A stretch of 63,165 nt of DNA from Octopus bimaculoides (Eukaryota). The translations under genes were made by a program, and so were the position numbers. The stretch spans positions 83,015,518 through 83,078,682 of the forward strand of contig NC_068986.1 of the NCBI RefSeq assembly GCF_001194135.2. The letters run 5' to 3'. Shown piece after piece: positions 36,501 through 49,873 of this stretch (positions within the stretch are counted from its first letter, which is position 1; every line of letters begins with the position of its first letter). The notes beneath the pieces are model-generated. The model saw only the letters and a list, made by a program, of their open reading frames with translations. It searched no databases and was not told the DNA's origin.

Positions 36501-38245
36501 GCCTAAGGAACGAATTCCTTTTTGGTAGTTAGATTCACTCAAAATACATTAAAAAAAACCATAGCAAAAACAAATTTCACCTTTAAAGCAAGACAGGTGT
36601 AATAGTTAAAATTTACCGAAAATAAAAAAAGATGATAATAAAGATAAGTACAGCAATTTAAAATATGTAGGGAATCATTCAGTGTTAAATAATTCTACAC
36701 TTGTAATCTACAGCTGAATACAAACACAAAACAATTTTCAGTAGAAATTGTGTTAAAATTATTTATTGGAACTCAATCTCTGAGTTCTAGTCTTGTAATC
36801 CACAGCTACATAACTAGAGCTTCTTATAGAAACACAATCTCATTAATCACGACTGGAAAACAAGGGTAATGCCTTGTAAATGTGAAATTTGTGGAGAATT
36901 AGTCTCTCCAAATGCCTTGTCAGACGTGAATATATACAGAAGGAAAATATTGAGAACATTTTCTATGAATAGGAGTAAAAAAGACAACTTTAGAAATCTT
37001 TTTGACATAAAATTGTGACAAAATTTTCACATTAATATGTTTATTAAAATCTGATAAATATAATATTTGTTGGTTGATATTTTCTGGAGAGTTCAAATTA
37101 TCTTTTCTAAACTTATTTACCACATAAATTTTACATTTGTAAAGTATTTTAACAGTATGCTTATACCTAAGGCAGTTAGAGCATGGAACATTTCTTCCTC
37201 AGTCAATGGTATTCTGGAACAGTTGTGGGCCCTGTACTCTGGCCAGCCTGAGCAACTGACCATGCCACTGCTCTCCACCTTCAGACCAGACTCTACTCTC
37301 TGACCTTCCATTGAAAAACAAACTCATCCACAACTTCTAAATTCTACTTTCTGAGCCCTGTGCCACCACTCCTTACTTTCAAAACAATATAGGAATCTCA
37401 CCAACCTTTTTGTAAGAAGATCCATATTGCCTGGCCCCACACAACCAGGCACTTTTAAGTATGCTTGCTGATAGTGCAACACTTGCTCCTACAACACTAC
37501 AACCATCACTGGGCCTTAGTCATGGTATCACATTACCCAGAACTTCTGTTGCACATCTTCCAACCTTAAAGTATGATCTGTAAACTCTACATTACTCTGT
37601 ATTGAGGAAATGCGATGCGCCTTGCCAATTATTTTTGGGTGCACATTCAAAGTATGCTACTATGTATGCCTGGTCATCCTGTTGCCACCCACTCGAACAC
37701 AGGCCATTTCATTACTCACTTAGCTCGCTGCATCTTCATACACCCTAGGACCATATGCTGAAAGAAATGGAAGGACCAACATTATATATTCGAACTTGCT
37801 ACCACGTCAGCAGTGGGTTTAAATGAACATTTTCTATCTGCTCCTACACCTATTCTTAGTTCAACAATCTCTTATCCTTCAACTCCTCTCACGCTGCATT
37901 TTCTCCTTTCAACTGCTGCTCTTCATTTCATTTCTCTTTCCTTCTACCTCTTACCCACTTTCTACTATTCTTGTTTATGTATGAAGCTCATTTCTTGTGT
38001 TCCTCATCAGTTGCAGCCAGTTTCTCAAACTAGAGGATGTAAAACTCTACTGCCTTTCTTTAATTTCACTCCTGTCAAGCTTTCTCTGAAGAAAAACTCC
38101 ATCTGAAATAGACTTTCCACTCTTTATGGCAGTTTTACTGCACTCTTTCAATAGACTTTTCTCAGTTTTGCCAACACAGATCAAAACCAGTTTCTTTGGA
38201 TTCTGTTTTATTTGATAGTGCATATTGATAGCTTAGTTTTAGTAA

Positions 38246-39190
38246 CATCGTCATCGTTTAACGTCCGCCTTCCATGCTAGCATGGGTTGGACAATTTGAC
38301 TGAGGACTGGTGAACCAGATGGCTACACCAGGCTCCAATCTGATTTGGCAGAGTTTCTACCGCTAGATGCCTTTCTAAACGCCAACCACTCCGAGAGTGT
38401 AGTGGGTGCTTTTATGTGCCACCAGCACGAAGGTCAGTCAGGCGGTACTGGCAACTGCCATGCTCAAAATGGTGTATTTTACATGTCACCTGCACACGAG
38501 CCAGTCTGGCAGCACTGGCAACGATCTTGTTCGAATGTCTTTACACGTGCCAGGAAGGTGACGCTGGGCACAGGTGACATCACGATTTTGCTTGCCCCAA
38601 CAGGTCTTCGCAAGCCGAGTTTCATATCCATTGAAGGAGACTACGTTGGCATGGCTGCCAGTTGTTGAATTTAGTTCGATTTCGATTTCACTTGCCTCAA
38701 CAGGTCTTTGCAAGCGGAGTTTAGTGTCCAATGAAGGAAAGTACGCATAAGTGGGCTAGCTACACCCCTAGCAGAGGCTTTGGATTTAGGTCTCACTTGG
38801 CTTGCCGGGTCTTCTCACGCATAGCATATTTCCAAAGGTCTCGGTCAGAAGTCATCGCCTCGGTGAGGCCCAATGTTCGAAGGTCGTACCTCACCANNNN
38901 NNNNNNGAAGTCATCGCCTCGGTGAGGCCCAATGTTCGAAGGTCGTACCTCACCACCTCATCCCAGGTCTTTCTGGGCCTACCTCTTCCACAGGTTCCCT
39001 CAACTGCTAGGGTGTGGTACTTTTTCACATAGCTATCCTCATCCATTCTCGCTACATGACCATACCAGAGCAATCGTCTCTCTTGCACACCACAACTGAT
39101 GCTTCTTAGGTTCAACTTTTCTCTCAAGGTACTTACACTTTGTCTAGTATGCACACTGACATTACACATCCATCGGTCATATTGCTTCAA
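38246..39190 (-). mobile_element. Young RTE LINE 3' fragment with 3' UTR internal repeats and (CAT)n tail
   Basis: ORF 38891-39265 contains RWMCNVS...VQERRLLWYGHVARM...GRGRPRKTWDEVV; the 3' UTR is long and well preserved. Confidence 0.92.
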
Positions 39191-39922
39191 TGATTGACAA
39201 GTTGAAGGTGTCGATATTCTGTTGCTTTTTCTCCTAATAGACCCAAGAATACATTGATTGGTCATTTTTTTAATTCCAGTTCATTGCTGATTGAACAGGT
39301 ATTTCAACTGTGAGCATCCTGGATTACATTGTCCAAAAGATAGTAGCAAGTTGGATCATGATGTAGAGGCTCTTTTGTTGGCTCAGAAATTCTACCATGT
39401 CATAGTTATTAAGTCTTGACATGTAACCAAGCAAGATCAAGTGACATCTGAGGATTGTTGATGACATTGGTAGTTGTCTAAACTGTTCTTTGATTTGTTT
39501 GTTGTGTATATATTATCTTGGTTTCAGATAGCAAGTTATTTTTTATAAATATCTAGTTTCAAACTGGTTGAATTTCCTTTTCTGATAGGATTTTAGATGC
39601 CATGGATCTTTATATAGCACACTTGAAATATGAAAAGAGCTTGAGCCTTAAATCTTTCTGTTTCTCCAGTTTTCTATAACTATTTGAAGGCTTCTGATGT
39701 ATTACCAATACTACATTAACTTTGATAATCCATGTCATTCTGATGTTGAATAGAATTCTACAGGTAGGTGAATATTTTGATATTTGCTTTCTTGATAAAT
39801 TCTAAAGCTATAACAGTCAGTCTCTTGCAATTATAAATAATCTGTTGTCCCATCAATGCCAGCACGGAAAGCAGGCATAAAATAAGGAAAGAAGGAAAGT
39901 TCATCCATTACATAAAATATAT

Positions 39923-40675
39923 GGGACTAATGCAGTTTCGCACCTCTCCTTGAAAAATGCATTTTTTTCCAGATTCCTATGTTTTTAAATGTCGGAGATT
40001 ACGAATTTAAAAAAAAAAATTTGCCCCCCCCCCCATTTTTGATTTTGTTTACTTTAAAGAGATTGTAGCGAATTGACGAACATATGCAAATCGAAATTAA
40101 ATCCAGACAAAAACATTAAAGCGAAGAGAATTTGCATTTTACTTGTGTGAATAAGAATTTAATGTAAATTAAATATACACTATTTTATGAGAAGCAAACA
40201 TTAATGTTCAATAATTAATGTTATAGAGTTTAATAAGGGGCTCAAATTTCACCCTCTCGCCCAATTTTAAATTTTGAACATTTTCATCCATTTATTTATT
40301 TGTCTGCATCCCTGTCAGTTTATTCATAAAATATATTTGTCAACTAAATGTGGCGGTCCTATAGAAGATGATGTTACTGTTGTTTTTAGCCCCAGGAAGA
40401 CATTCATACCTATCTATCTCCTTATGCTTATTGAATTTAAAATTTTGAAAAAGTGGTTTCTTGCATATTCGGAATCTCTGTCATCTAAAACATAAGCGGA
40501 AAAAAATTTCGAAAAAGTTCAAAATTTTAAGTGGAGTAGTAGTGGTGGTGGTGGTGTTTAAAAATTAATTTTTTTGTATATTCATAATCTCTGACATCTT
40601 AAAAGTAGGAATCTGAAAAATGTTTTTTAAAAAAAATGCATTTTTAAAGGAGAGATGTGAAACTGCATTAGCCCC
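39923..40675. mobile_element. 753-bp non-autonomous DNA transposon with GGG(G/A)CTAATGCAG TIRs and an 8-bp TSD (AAATATAT); Merlin-like
   Basis: TIRs of about 45 bp; AAATATAT is identical at 39915-39922 and 40676-40683. Confidence 0.88.
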
Positions 40676-42229
40676 AAATATATACATTGGCAAAAACCTA
40701 CATATCTATATATATATGATACCACTCTTCAGTCCTCTCTAACCTTGTTTACCCAAGTGTCATTCATATGCAACCTTAGATACTTTATGCCAAACCTACA
40801 CTGACTTCATGAAAAGAGACCTAGTGAGCATCCTTCAGTGAGATCATGCTAATCATGAAAACACAATCACTATTAGACATTACTGTATGCTTACCTATCT
40901 ATGTAATATTACCATATTCCACTATTAAACATTAACGACATTCAAATAAAACCCCTCAAAGTCACTATGGATGTTAAGCCATACCATTTCTAGCAAAGTC
41001 TTTAGACAAATCCAACACCACAACCTGTAGAATACTGCAGGTGGGTAAGATATGCACTGTATTTCTTTTTTTTTCCACAAAAAATTCTTTGGATTTCTCT
41101 GTTTTCAACAAATCCTTTTTTTTTTAATGCAAATGAGCTTAATTGATTTAAGCATGGTATTTGTCCACCTCCTTTTTAATCTCCCTGCCTTTTCCTCTAT
41201 GAAAAATATTGCTATAAGGTATCCTGAATGTGAACGGAACTCTAATTGAAAATGAGTCAGGTGGTAGGAAGAAGCAAAAAATGAGCCAAGTGGTATTGAG
41301 AAGCAAAATCATTTGCAGGTTCATAATAATCTGTGAAGATGGAGCTGTTGAGGAAAATAATGAATTTCTAATTTTACAAACTCATGTCAAATTACTGTTT
41401 TGATCTGAAGCCTTAGAAGGTGTTTTTACATGGGTTGTTAGAGATTATTTTAAACATTTAAAACTTATCCAATAGAATACCAAAGAAAGAATTCTATGGA
41501 TGCTCTCATGCTGGTCCAGTAATGTTGCTATGGGAACATATAGCAATTCCAACTTCTGATGTATCAAAAATGGCTGCATCTGATTCGGTGAAATTTCCCC
41601 CAAAATATCAGTTCCTCCAAAAGTGATAAGATTTTCCTAATTAGCATGAAAAACTACGTGTCTAAAAATGTTCTAAAAAAAAAAAAAATCGGATCTGATG
41701 TGTGAAACCAAAAACATCCCATGTATGACATAATTCCTTTCACTCAAATTCAACTTTCAGTTCCTAAACATTCTTCCAGTTTCATTTTGATGACGAATTT
41801 TCTAAAGTACTACCCAATATTTTACTTTCGTTTTATTACGCTGATCTTTGCCGACTCCAGTAGTTACACTTTCTGGAAACGTCGTCAATACTTTTCAGTG
41901 TTGACTTATAAACCTTTAGTAGTTAATTATGATTGCTAAAGGAAATGTACGTACCAACTGCAAGTGTAAATTGGTCTACCCAATAGTGTTACACCGCTAA
42001 ACGTAATGGTATTTTTAAGCAATGTATTCGTTTATGGTTAATGGGTTGGATGTGGTGCTGAAGAAGGAGCAATAACTCCTGAAATATGCATATACACTCA
42101 TTTTCTATTTTCGATCACATTTTCACATAGACGTATTCATATACGAAACATCGTAACTTTCATTGCTGGCTCTGAATTATATAGAATATCTGCAAGAATT
42201 AACTTAAAAAGCAAAATAAATAAACGTAT

Positions 42230-42330
42230 GTGTGTGTGCGCGCGCTTGTTCGACACGAGCTCTCTCTATTTTCGTCATGCGCATTCCAACCGGATATTGA
42301 CTGTTGTGCTCCACGCGGTAAGAACACATG
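42230..42330 (+). promoter_or_regulatory. Candidate promoter/first exon of ZNF3 (donor GCG|GTAAGA, exon ends at 42317)
   Basis: CpG-dense patch in an otherwise CpG-poor region, followed by a good donor. Confidence 0.4.
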
Positions 42331-43280
42331 AATCGGACGACATCGGTTAAGAAAATAATCTGTTGAATATGGAACATTAAAAGCATCGCAAACAATTGCT
42401 TTTAACTATACAGATGTACACAAACCGAGTAGTAACTATATCTATAAACTGACACTCTTGATCACCACCTCTGACTTCATCGTTATTGCTGTCATTTATA
42501 CGAGGTACATTTTTGTTTATTGTTTTTTTCACTCACTCGACTTCTTTCATTTATTTATAATGCCTCTTATCGTTTATTGAAACGAAAGTAAATTTTTTAA
42601 AATTAAAGTACGAAATATTCCTAGTTTCTATTTCATACTTTACTGCTAAGGTAATCTGTCGAGAGTGATATTAGTTTCTTGACGGCTGTGATGATGAATT
42701 TTGTCAGTTATATGTTGAAATAATTTTCAATTCATTCTGTGGCTAATATTAGCCTGGGACTGTCTCTGGTCAGTCTTGCTCACGCGGTCTCCATGTAACT
42801 CGCAATCTTGTCTGTTGCTTACCTTGCGATCCAATTCATTCTCACGGTGTCTACTCTGTCACTCCTATCGCCCCCCCCCACTATTATCTTTAAACCGTGT
42901 AATGTGACCGACCCATTTGTATTCTTGATGGTAGTGCACTGTTATTGATTCCTCTCTGTTGTCGGATCCAGGTGTGGCCCCCTCCGATCATGCAGAATGA
43001 CACCATACACTCCATCTTGTTCTGTACAGTGAGTGTATTCTTATGGTGGTGTTTTGTACTTGCGTTTTACTTCATACATCATCACTGACGTAATGTGTAT
43101 TCGTTGAAGACGATCCTCATATTGGCCTTGATGCTTCTTAATGATGTCCACTCTCCCAAAGTCCGCTTCATCCGAACTTTGATCTTCTCAAGATTTCTCA
43201 TGAGAATACTGCATCTTGTATCGCTGTTCTCCCAAGAGGGATAAAACTGTCCACCTCCTCAATGGTCTGGTCGTCTATAG

Positions 43281-43557
43281 CAGGGGTTTTCAAACTTTTT
43301 GACTTGCAGACCCCTTTATATTTCAGGCTTTACCTTAGGGACCCCCTTATACACGCTTATGAAATTTATACATAAATATTTGCTTAAAATGACATATTTT
43401 TACATTTATTTATTTAACAGTATTTAACAAATAGGTTTATTGTCAATTAAAAGATTTCGATTAAAAAACATATATAAAATCAAATTGCCCATAAAAAGTA
43501 TTTGCTGTCCACGGGCCCCCTGTCTTGTCCTTGCGGACCACAGTTTGAAAACCCCTG
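43281..43557. mobile_element. hAT (Charlie-type) MITE
   Basis: TIR CAGGGGTTTTCAAACT; 8-bp TSD GTCTATAG at 43273-43280 and 43558-43565. Confidence 0.92.
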
Positions 43558-43565
43558 GTCTATAG

Positions 43566-44226
43566 TGACATCCACTGAGGCAATGTGGTTATTGCATATG
43601 GAATCCAACTAGTCGGCTGGTGATATGGAAGTTGGTGAGCATGCCTTCCAGATCCTACACAATGTCTGCATTTGTCACCTACTTCCCTACCTCCCTTATC
43701 ATCCCTCAACACTTGTTCTTTATTCATTATATCTATCCCCTCACCCATACCCAATCTCGTAACTCTCCCATATATTCTTGCAATCTTTACCTATCGTCAT
43801 ACCTAATTCTGTCTCCCACTCTCTTCTACTTTGAGGGTCCACCCATACACCTCATTATCACTATTTTTATCTCTTTTGCAGCTCCACCATGACCACTTCC
43901 ACTCTTCTTCTCTTCTAAACTATGAGTAGCCTTGCAGTTCCTCTACTGCAAGAAAACTGTTCTGTTCTGATCCCATCTCTCATCACCTAGCATAGAGCCA
44001 CTGCCCTTGGTGTTCATAGTATTGCAAGCTGCATGGCAATCTCACTCATGCTGGTACCATGAATAAAAGCCCCCATTACTCATTGTAAAGCGATTGGCAT
44101 TAGAAAGGGTATCCAGCTGTAGAAACCTTACTAAAGTAGACATTGGAGCATGATGCATTTGTTGGACTCATCGGATTCCATTTAATCCATGTGAGCATGG
44201 AAGATAAGTGTTAAATGATGATGATG
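43566..44226 (+). mobile_element. RTE-family 3' UTR and tail
   Basis: Pyrimidine tract followed by gcattagaaagggtatccagctgtagaaac...(gat)n; reverse homolog of 1-1090. Confidence 0.65.
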
Positions 44227-44919
44227 TTTGTAACCATGACCATCCACATTTTTCTCAAAATGTAAGCATATTTAGATTACAGAATTCCTGATGCAGTGCA
44301 TTTATTCTTTATCTATCAGTACCACCACAAGCATCCAATCATTTTTCTATGTATGCATTTTAAACAGCAAATATATGTATTAAAGGATGTATTTTATATA
44401 TGTGTATATTATCATCATCCTTCAGCTCTTTAGCATTCAGATTACTCTGTAGAATGTAATGCTTATTTATTCACATTAAAAAAGTTAATCATGTATTATC
44501 TCTATAGCTTTGAGACTTCAGTGATAGGATTGTTTATTTTTAGAATTTCATTGCAGGGTAGGTTTGATATTGCAATTTAAACATAAAACAGGTACATTAT
44601 TTGGGCTGGATATGGTTAATTGAAATGCTAAAGGGTTAATACTCTTCTATGCTGGTATGAGTTGGATAGTCTTAGATTGGATTCAACAGGTCAGAGGATT
44701 ATCATGCTCCAATATCTGCTTTGGCATGGTCTCTATGGCTGAATGTCCTTTCTGATACCAACCACATTACAGAGTGTATTGGCTGCATTTTTTATGGCAC
44801 CAGCACTGGTGAGTTCACTATGTTGCTTGCAAGATTAAGCTCTCCATTGACTGTGTGGGCCTACAATAGAAAAGAACGCAGCTTTATACTAGGTGAAGAA
44901 AAGTTAGAGTATGAAGGAA

Positions 44920-45470
44920 GGGTTTGAACATTTTTCGAAATTCTTTTCTCCTGTTTTTGACGACAGAGATTCCGAATATGCAAGAAACCACGTTTTCAAA
45001 ATTTTAAATTCAATAAGCATATAGAGATAGATAGATATGAATGTCTTCCTGGGGCTAAAAACAACAGTAACATCGTCTTCTGTAGGACTGCCACATTTAG
45101 TTGCCAATTATATTTTATGAATAAACGGATAGGGATAAATAGATAAACAGACAAATAAGTAAATGGATGAAAAAGTTCAAAATTTAAAATTGGGGGGGGG
45201 GGAATTTGAGCCCCTTATTAAACTTTATAACATTAATTATTAAACATTAATGCTTGTTTCTCATAAAATGGTGTATATTTAATTTGCATTTAATTATTAT
45301 TTACGATTATTTAAGGCAAACACAAGTAAAATGCAAATTCTTTTCACTTTAATGTTTTTTTGTCTATTTAATTTTGATTTGCATATGTTTGTCAGTTCGC
45401 TGCAATCTCTTTAAAGTAAACAAAATCAAAATTTTAAATTGGGGGAGGGGAGAAATTAAAAAAAAAAACT
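44920..45470. mobile_element. Internal fragment of the GGGGCTAA-TIR MITE family, inverted relative to 39923
   Basis: Reverse complement matches about 40020-40510 (e.g. cctggggctaaaaacaacagtaacatc). Confidence 0.85.
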
Positions 45471-46544
45471 ATAACAGGCATAGGAAGCGAACCCATATAT
45501 GCACATATGATAACTTCACAGGCGGCTGCAACAACATTTACCACAATGGCAGCAGCATAGGCGAACACAAACAGTGAGTTACAAGAATGGTACATAAAGT
45601 CGGCTTCAAAGGTAGCCATAGCGGTAAGTGGGTAGGGGAGGGTCATAGTGCTACTAAGAACAATGACACATGCATCCACACACAGACGCATGCGCATATA
45701 AGGATACACATCATAGAACAAAACGGAATAGGCAGAGCAGGAGCACACACGAGGACTGAAAGTGTCGCTGAGGAGGTCACAGATGTGTGATGAAAGATTT
45801 CTGGACAGTGGACATGAGTTAGAATAAGAACAGTAATAAACAAGTGAATGAATATATAGTGCAGGTATTTGGCAGAAAAAAAAAAAAAGAATGACCATCT
45901 CAAAATACAACAATATTTATATCTATAGTTTGTCATCATCACCAGTTTAACGTTCACTTTCAAGTGCTGGCACGAATTGGACGGAATTTGTTGTGGATGA
46001 CTTTCTATAGCTGGATATTCTTTCTGTGGCCAATCCTCACCTGTTTCCAGGTAGGGTAATATTTCCTCATGATCAGACATGTTTTCACTGAAGATAGGAA
46101 ATGAAGGACACCTCTTGTATGACAGTGACACAACTATCACATGATGTTAAACTAGGGCGACACTAAGATATATATATATCATTTAATGTCCCTCTTCCAT
46201 GCTAGCATAGGTTGGACAATTTGACAGGAGCTGGTGACCCTGATAACTACACTAAACTCAATTGTCTGCTTTGGCATAGTTTCTATGGCTGGATGCCCTT
46301 CCCTAAAGCCAACCACTTTACAGAGTGTACTGGGTGCTTTTTAACTTATATAGATACATATACAATAAGTTTCTTTCTGTTTCCATCTATGAAATCCACT
46401 CAAGGCTTTAGTTGGACTAAGGCTATAGAAGACATGCCCAAGGTGCCACAGAGTAGGCCTGAACCTAGAATCATGAGGTTGGGAAGCAAACTTCTTACCA
46501 CACAGTTGTGCTTTCACCTGGATTTATTAATATAGAAACATAAT

Positions 46545-46625
46545 AAAATTTAAATTTTTTACATTTTAAGCATCCTCCATTTATACTATCTTTCTCTTAT
46601 TTCAGAATATCGGAAGACATTGGTA
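46545..46625 (+). promoter_or_regulatory. Candidate splice acceptor opening the ZNF3 coding exon (exon starts at 46606)
   Basis: Polypyrimidine tract TTTCTCTTATTTCAG|AATATC, homologous to the ZNF1 and USP acceptors. Confidence 0.65.
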
Positions 46626-46944
46626 TAAAAAAAATTTGTACATTGGATGCATCATCAATATTTATCATATTTTAAAGACTAAACGAAGAAATACAGAAAA
46701 GATGCAACCCTGTTCATATAGATCCATGGTAGAATCACTGTGAAATATATCCCATGGACTGAGATTAAAATGAAATATTTTTACATTTTGAAGAGTGGAG
46801 TATGTACAAAATGATTTTGCATTCTAATTAAACTTGCATTACAAATAAATTTGCAGTGACCTCAGATATTGACAAGGATTAGAATTCCTGGAAATGTGTT
46901 GGAAGAAATACTTGTAAGGAATATGATATAAAAGCAAAATATAA

Positions 46945-48594
46945 ATGTGTATATATTGCATTAAGAAAAGAAAAATTATGGAAAATATATCATATGAGAA
47001 CAAGGTTAAATGCAAAACAGATTCTAAAAAAATCAATTCTGATGAGCTGCTGAAAGAGAGAGCAAAAACATCATTCCTCTGCAATAGCTGTGGTAAATCA
47101 TTCTCTCAAAAATGTAATCTTAATATTCACAAACGTATTCATACGGGAGAAAAACCATTTCACTGTGATTTCTGTGGTAAATCATTCTCTCAAATAAATC
47201 ACTTAACTAAACATAAACGTATTCATACGGGGGAAAAGCCATATAGTTGTAATTTCTGTGCTAAGTCATTTTATGGAAGTGGTGAACTAACTAAACATGA
47301 ACGTATTCATACAGGAGAGAGGCCATATCACTGTGATATCTGTGGCAGATCATTCTCTGTAAATGATCACTTAACTAAACACAAACGTATTCATACAGGG
47401 GAGAAGCCCTTTCACTGTGATATCTGTGGTAAAGCATTCTCTTGCAATGGCGATATACCCATACACAAACGCTCTCATACAGGAGAGAAGCCATATGATT
47501 GTGATATGTGTGGTAAATCATTTACTACAAAAGGTCACTTGACAACTCATAAACGCTCTCATACAGGTGAGAAACCATATCACTGTGATGTCTGTGGTAA
47601 ATCATTCATTCAAAACTGTCAGTTGATTAGACACACACGCATTCATACAGGAGAGAAGCCTTATCACTGTGATACCTGTGGTAAATCATTCTCTGAAAAT
47701 GCCCATTTAATTAATCACAAACGTATTCATACAGGAGAGAAGCCATATCACTGTCATATCTGCAATAAGTCATTTTCACGAAATGATCATTTCACTCAAC
47801 ACAAACGTATTCATACAGGAGAAAAACCATATCACTGTGATATCTGCGGTAAATCATTCTCTGTAAGTTTTCGGTTAAAAATTCACACACGTATTCATAC
47901 AGGAGAGCAGCCATATCACTGTGATATCTGTGGTAAATCCTTCTCTGAAAAAGGTGACTTAACTAAACACAAACGCATTCACACAGGAGAAACCCCATTT
48001 CAGTGTGACATCTGTGGTAAGGCATTTTCTAGAAATGCTAATTTAACCACTCACAAGCGTGTTCATACTGGTGAGAAACCATATCACTGTGATATCTGTG
48101 GTAAATCATTCTCTCATGGAAATGTCTTAATTGCACACAAATACATTCACACAGGAGAGAAACCATATCATTGTGATGTCTGTGGTAAATCATTTTCTCA
48201 AGCAAGTCACTTAAGTAAGCACAAACATGTTCATACAGGTGAGAAGCCATATCATTGTGACATCTGTGGTAAATCATTCTCTGTTGGAAGTGCAGTAACT
48301 GGACACAAACGTACTCACACAGGAGAAAAACCATATTGTTGTGATATCTGTGGAAAGTCATTCTCTCAAACAAGTCATTTAACTGCTCACAGGCGTGTTC
48401 ATACTGGAGAGAAACCATATCACTGTGATGTCTGTGGTAAATCATTCTCTGTAAATGATTCCTTAACAACTCACAAACGTATTCATACAGGAGAGAAGCC
48501 TTATCACTGTGATATCTGTAGTAAATCATTCTCTCAAATAAACCACTTGACTAGACACAGATTTATCCATACAAGAGATGAAGCATCGCTGTAA
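46945..48594 (+). CDS. C2H2 zinc-finger protein (ZNF3), 549 aa, 18 tandem fingers of CDIC type; alternative start at 46978
   Basis: Eighteen C2H2 motifs with HTGEKPY linkers in one uninterrupted ORF. Confidence 0.95.
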   Translation: MCIYCIKKRKIMENISYENKVKCKTDSKKINSDELLKERAKTSFLCNSCGKSFSQKCNLNIHKRIHTGEKPFHCDFCGKSFSQINHLTKHKRIHTGEKPYSCNFCAKSFYGSGELTKHERIHTGERPYHCDICGRSFSVNDHLTKHKRIHTGEKPFHCDICGKAFSCNGDIPIHKRSHTGEKPYDCDMCGKSFTTKGHLTTHKRSHTGEKPYHCDVCGKSFIQNCQLIRHTRIHTGEKPYHCDTCGKSFSENAHLINHKRIHTGEKPYHCHICNKSFSRNDHFTQHKRIHTGEKPYHCDICGKSFSVSFRLKIHTRIHTGEQPYHCDICGKSFSEKGDLTKHKRIHTGETPFQCDICGKAFSRNANLTTHKRVHTGEKPYHCDICGKSFSHGNVLIAHKYIHTGEKPYHCDVCGKSFSQASHLSKHKHVHTGEKPYHCDICGKSFSVGSAVTGHKRTHTGEKPYCCDICGKSFSQTSHLTAHRRVHTGEKPYHCDVCGKSFSVNDSLTTHKRIHTGEKPYHCDICSKSFSQINHLTRHRFIHTRDEASL

Positions 48595-48790
48595 TAATTG
48601 GTGATTCATTCTCTCAAGATGATGACTTACTGCACATATATTTTTACAGGAAACTATATTGCTAATATCTTTGGTAAATCATTTTCTTCAAAGGATCACT
48701 TAACTAAACACAAGCATGCTCATACAGAAGAAAAACAATATTGCTGCTATATCTGTGGTACATCATTCTCCTAAACAGGTCACTTAACTA
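48595..48790 (+). pseudogene. Decayed zinc-finger repeats 3' of ZNF3
   Basis: Finger-like DNA with indels and stops, e.g. ggtaaatcattttcttcaaaggatcacttaactaaacacaagcatgctcatacagaagaaaaac. Confidence 0.85.
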
Positions 48791-49873
48791 TATATGTATA
48801 TATTCATATGGAAAGTGACTGTAGTTGAATGTATTACTTCTGATATAATTAAAATACCATTGTAATGGTGTACTCAAAGTATTCAGAGCTGAATGAGAAG
48901 CTACTACATCAAGCATTTGTTGACTGGAGAAAGCCTTTGAGTTCTACACTGTAGCTTGGTGGTTATTAAGAAATCTTAGTGGAGATGAATGGTTTATGAG
49001 AGCCATGCAAGCCATCCCTGTATTACAGAATATATATATATTTGGATGGGGGCAACACTATGCAGAGACAGTAAAGCATTGAAACAAAAACACTACTAAT
49101 GCACCAGTTATTACGCAGATGTGTAAAATATACAATTTGGTCTACTCAATTTACTTTAGCTTACAAACCTACAAACAGTAGGTTTGTAAAGCAGTGTCTG
49201 TGGATTGTTGAAGGGAGAGTATTCAGTCATCGATGAAACTAGCTCAATTTCCTCTTTGTTCATGAAGGTATATAAACCTACAAACTAGGTTTGTAAGCAG
49301 TGTGTCTGTGGATTGTTGAAGGGAGAGTACTCAGTCATCGATGAAACTAGCCCAGTTTCCTCTTTGTTCATGAAGTTATATATATAGGGTCAAGGTGTTC
49401 ACAGCATTGGCTAAAAACCTAAGATGTATTCTGCAATATTACTGTGAATGCACCAGTAATTTTATTATTGATTTATTTGACTTTATAGAGGAATTGTTAA
49501 GAAATATATTCTCATAAATCAGATATGATAACATCAGTGTAAAGTTAGGTTACAACTAAATATTGTTACTATCTCCAAGGCCTTTTGACACAAAGAGCCT
49601 CCATATATTCTCTGCTTCTGTTTCAGTTCCCACCCTATTATAATCTTTCTCTTTACTTGTTGACCAAGTAGGCCTAAGCCTTCCTCTTTTGTATCTTGGC
49701 CTGTCCATTTAAGTTGGTTCTAACCATCATCATCATCATCTTATTAACTCTTAAAAGTTCAGTACCACAAATAACTGCAACTGTCACTGGGTTCCTGAAC
49801 TACACATGATTTATTCTTTACATTATTGAAGCATCTTCAAATTTTCACATTTTTTAATAATTTATTAGTCCAA

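Noticed and set aside
38848-38955. Exact 49-bp duplication
   Set aside because: It flanks a 10-N gap on both sides, which is a typical contig-overlap artefact.
48038-48529. 163-aa antisense ORF (and similar ORFs at 35211-36298) over the finger arrays
   Set aside because: These are shadow frames produced by the 84-bp finger periodicity and have no independent protein features.
47080-48570. Regular 84-bp repeats resembling a CRISPR array
   Set aside because: They are C2H2 finger codons in an open frame in a eukaryotic context, with no cas genes.
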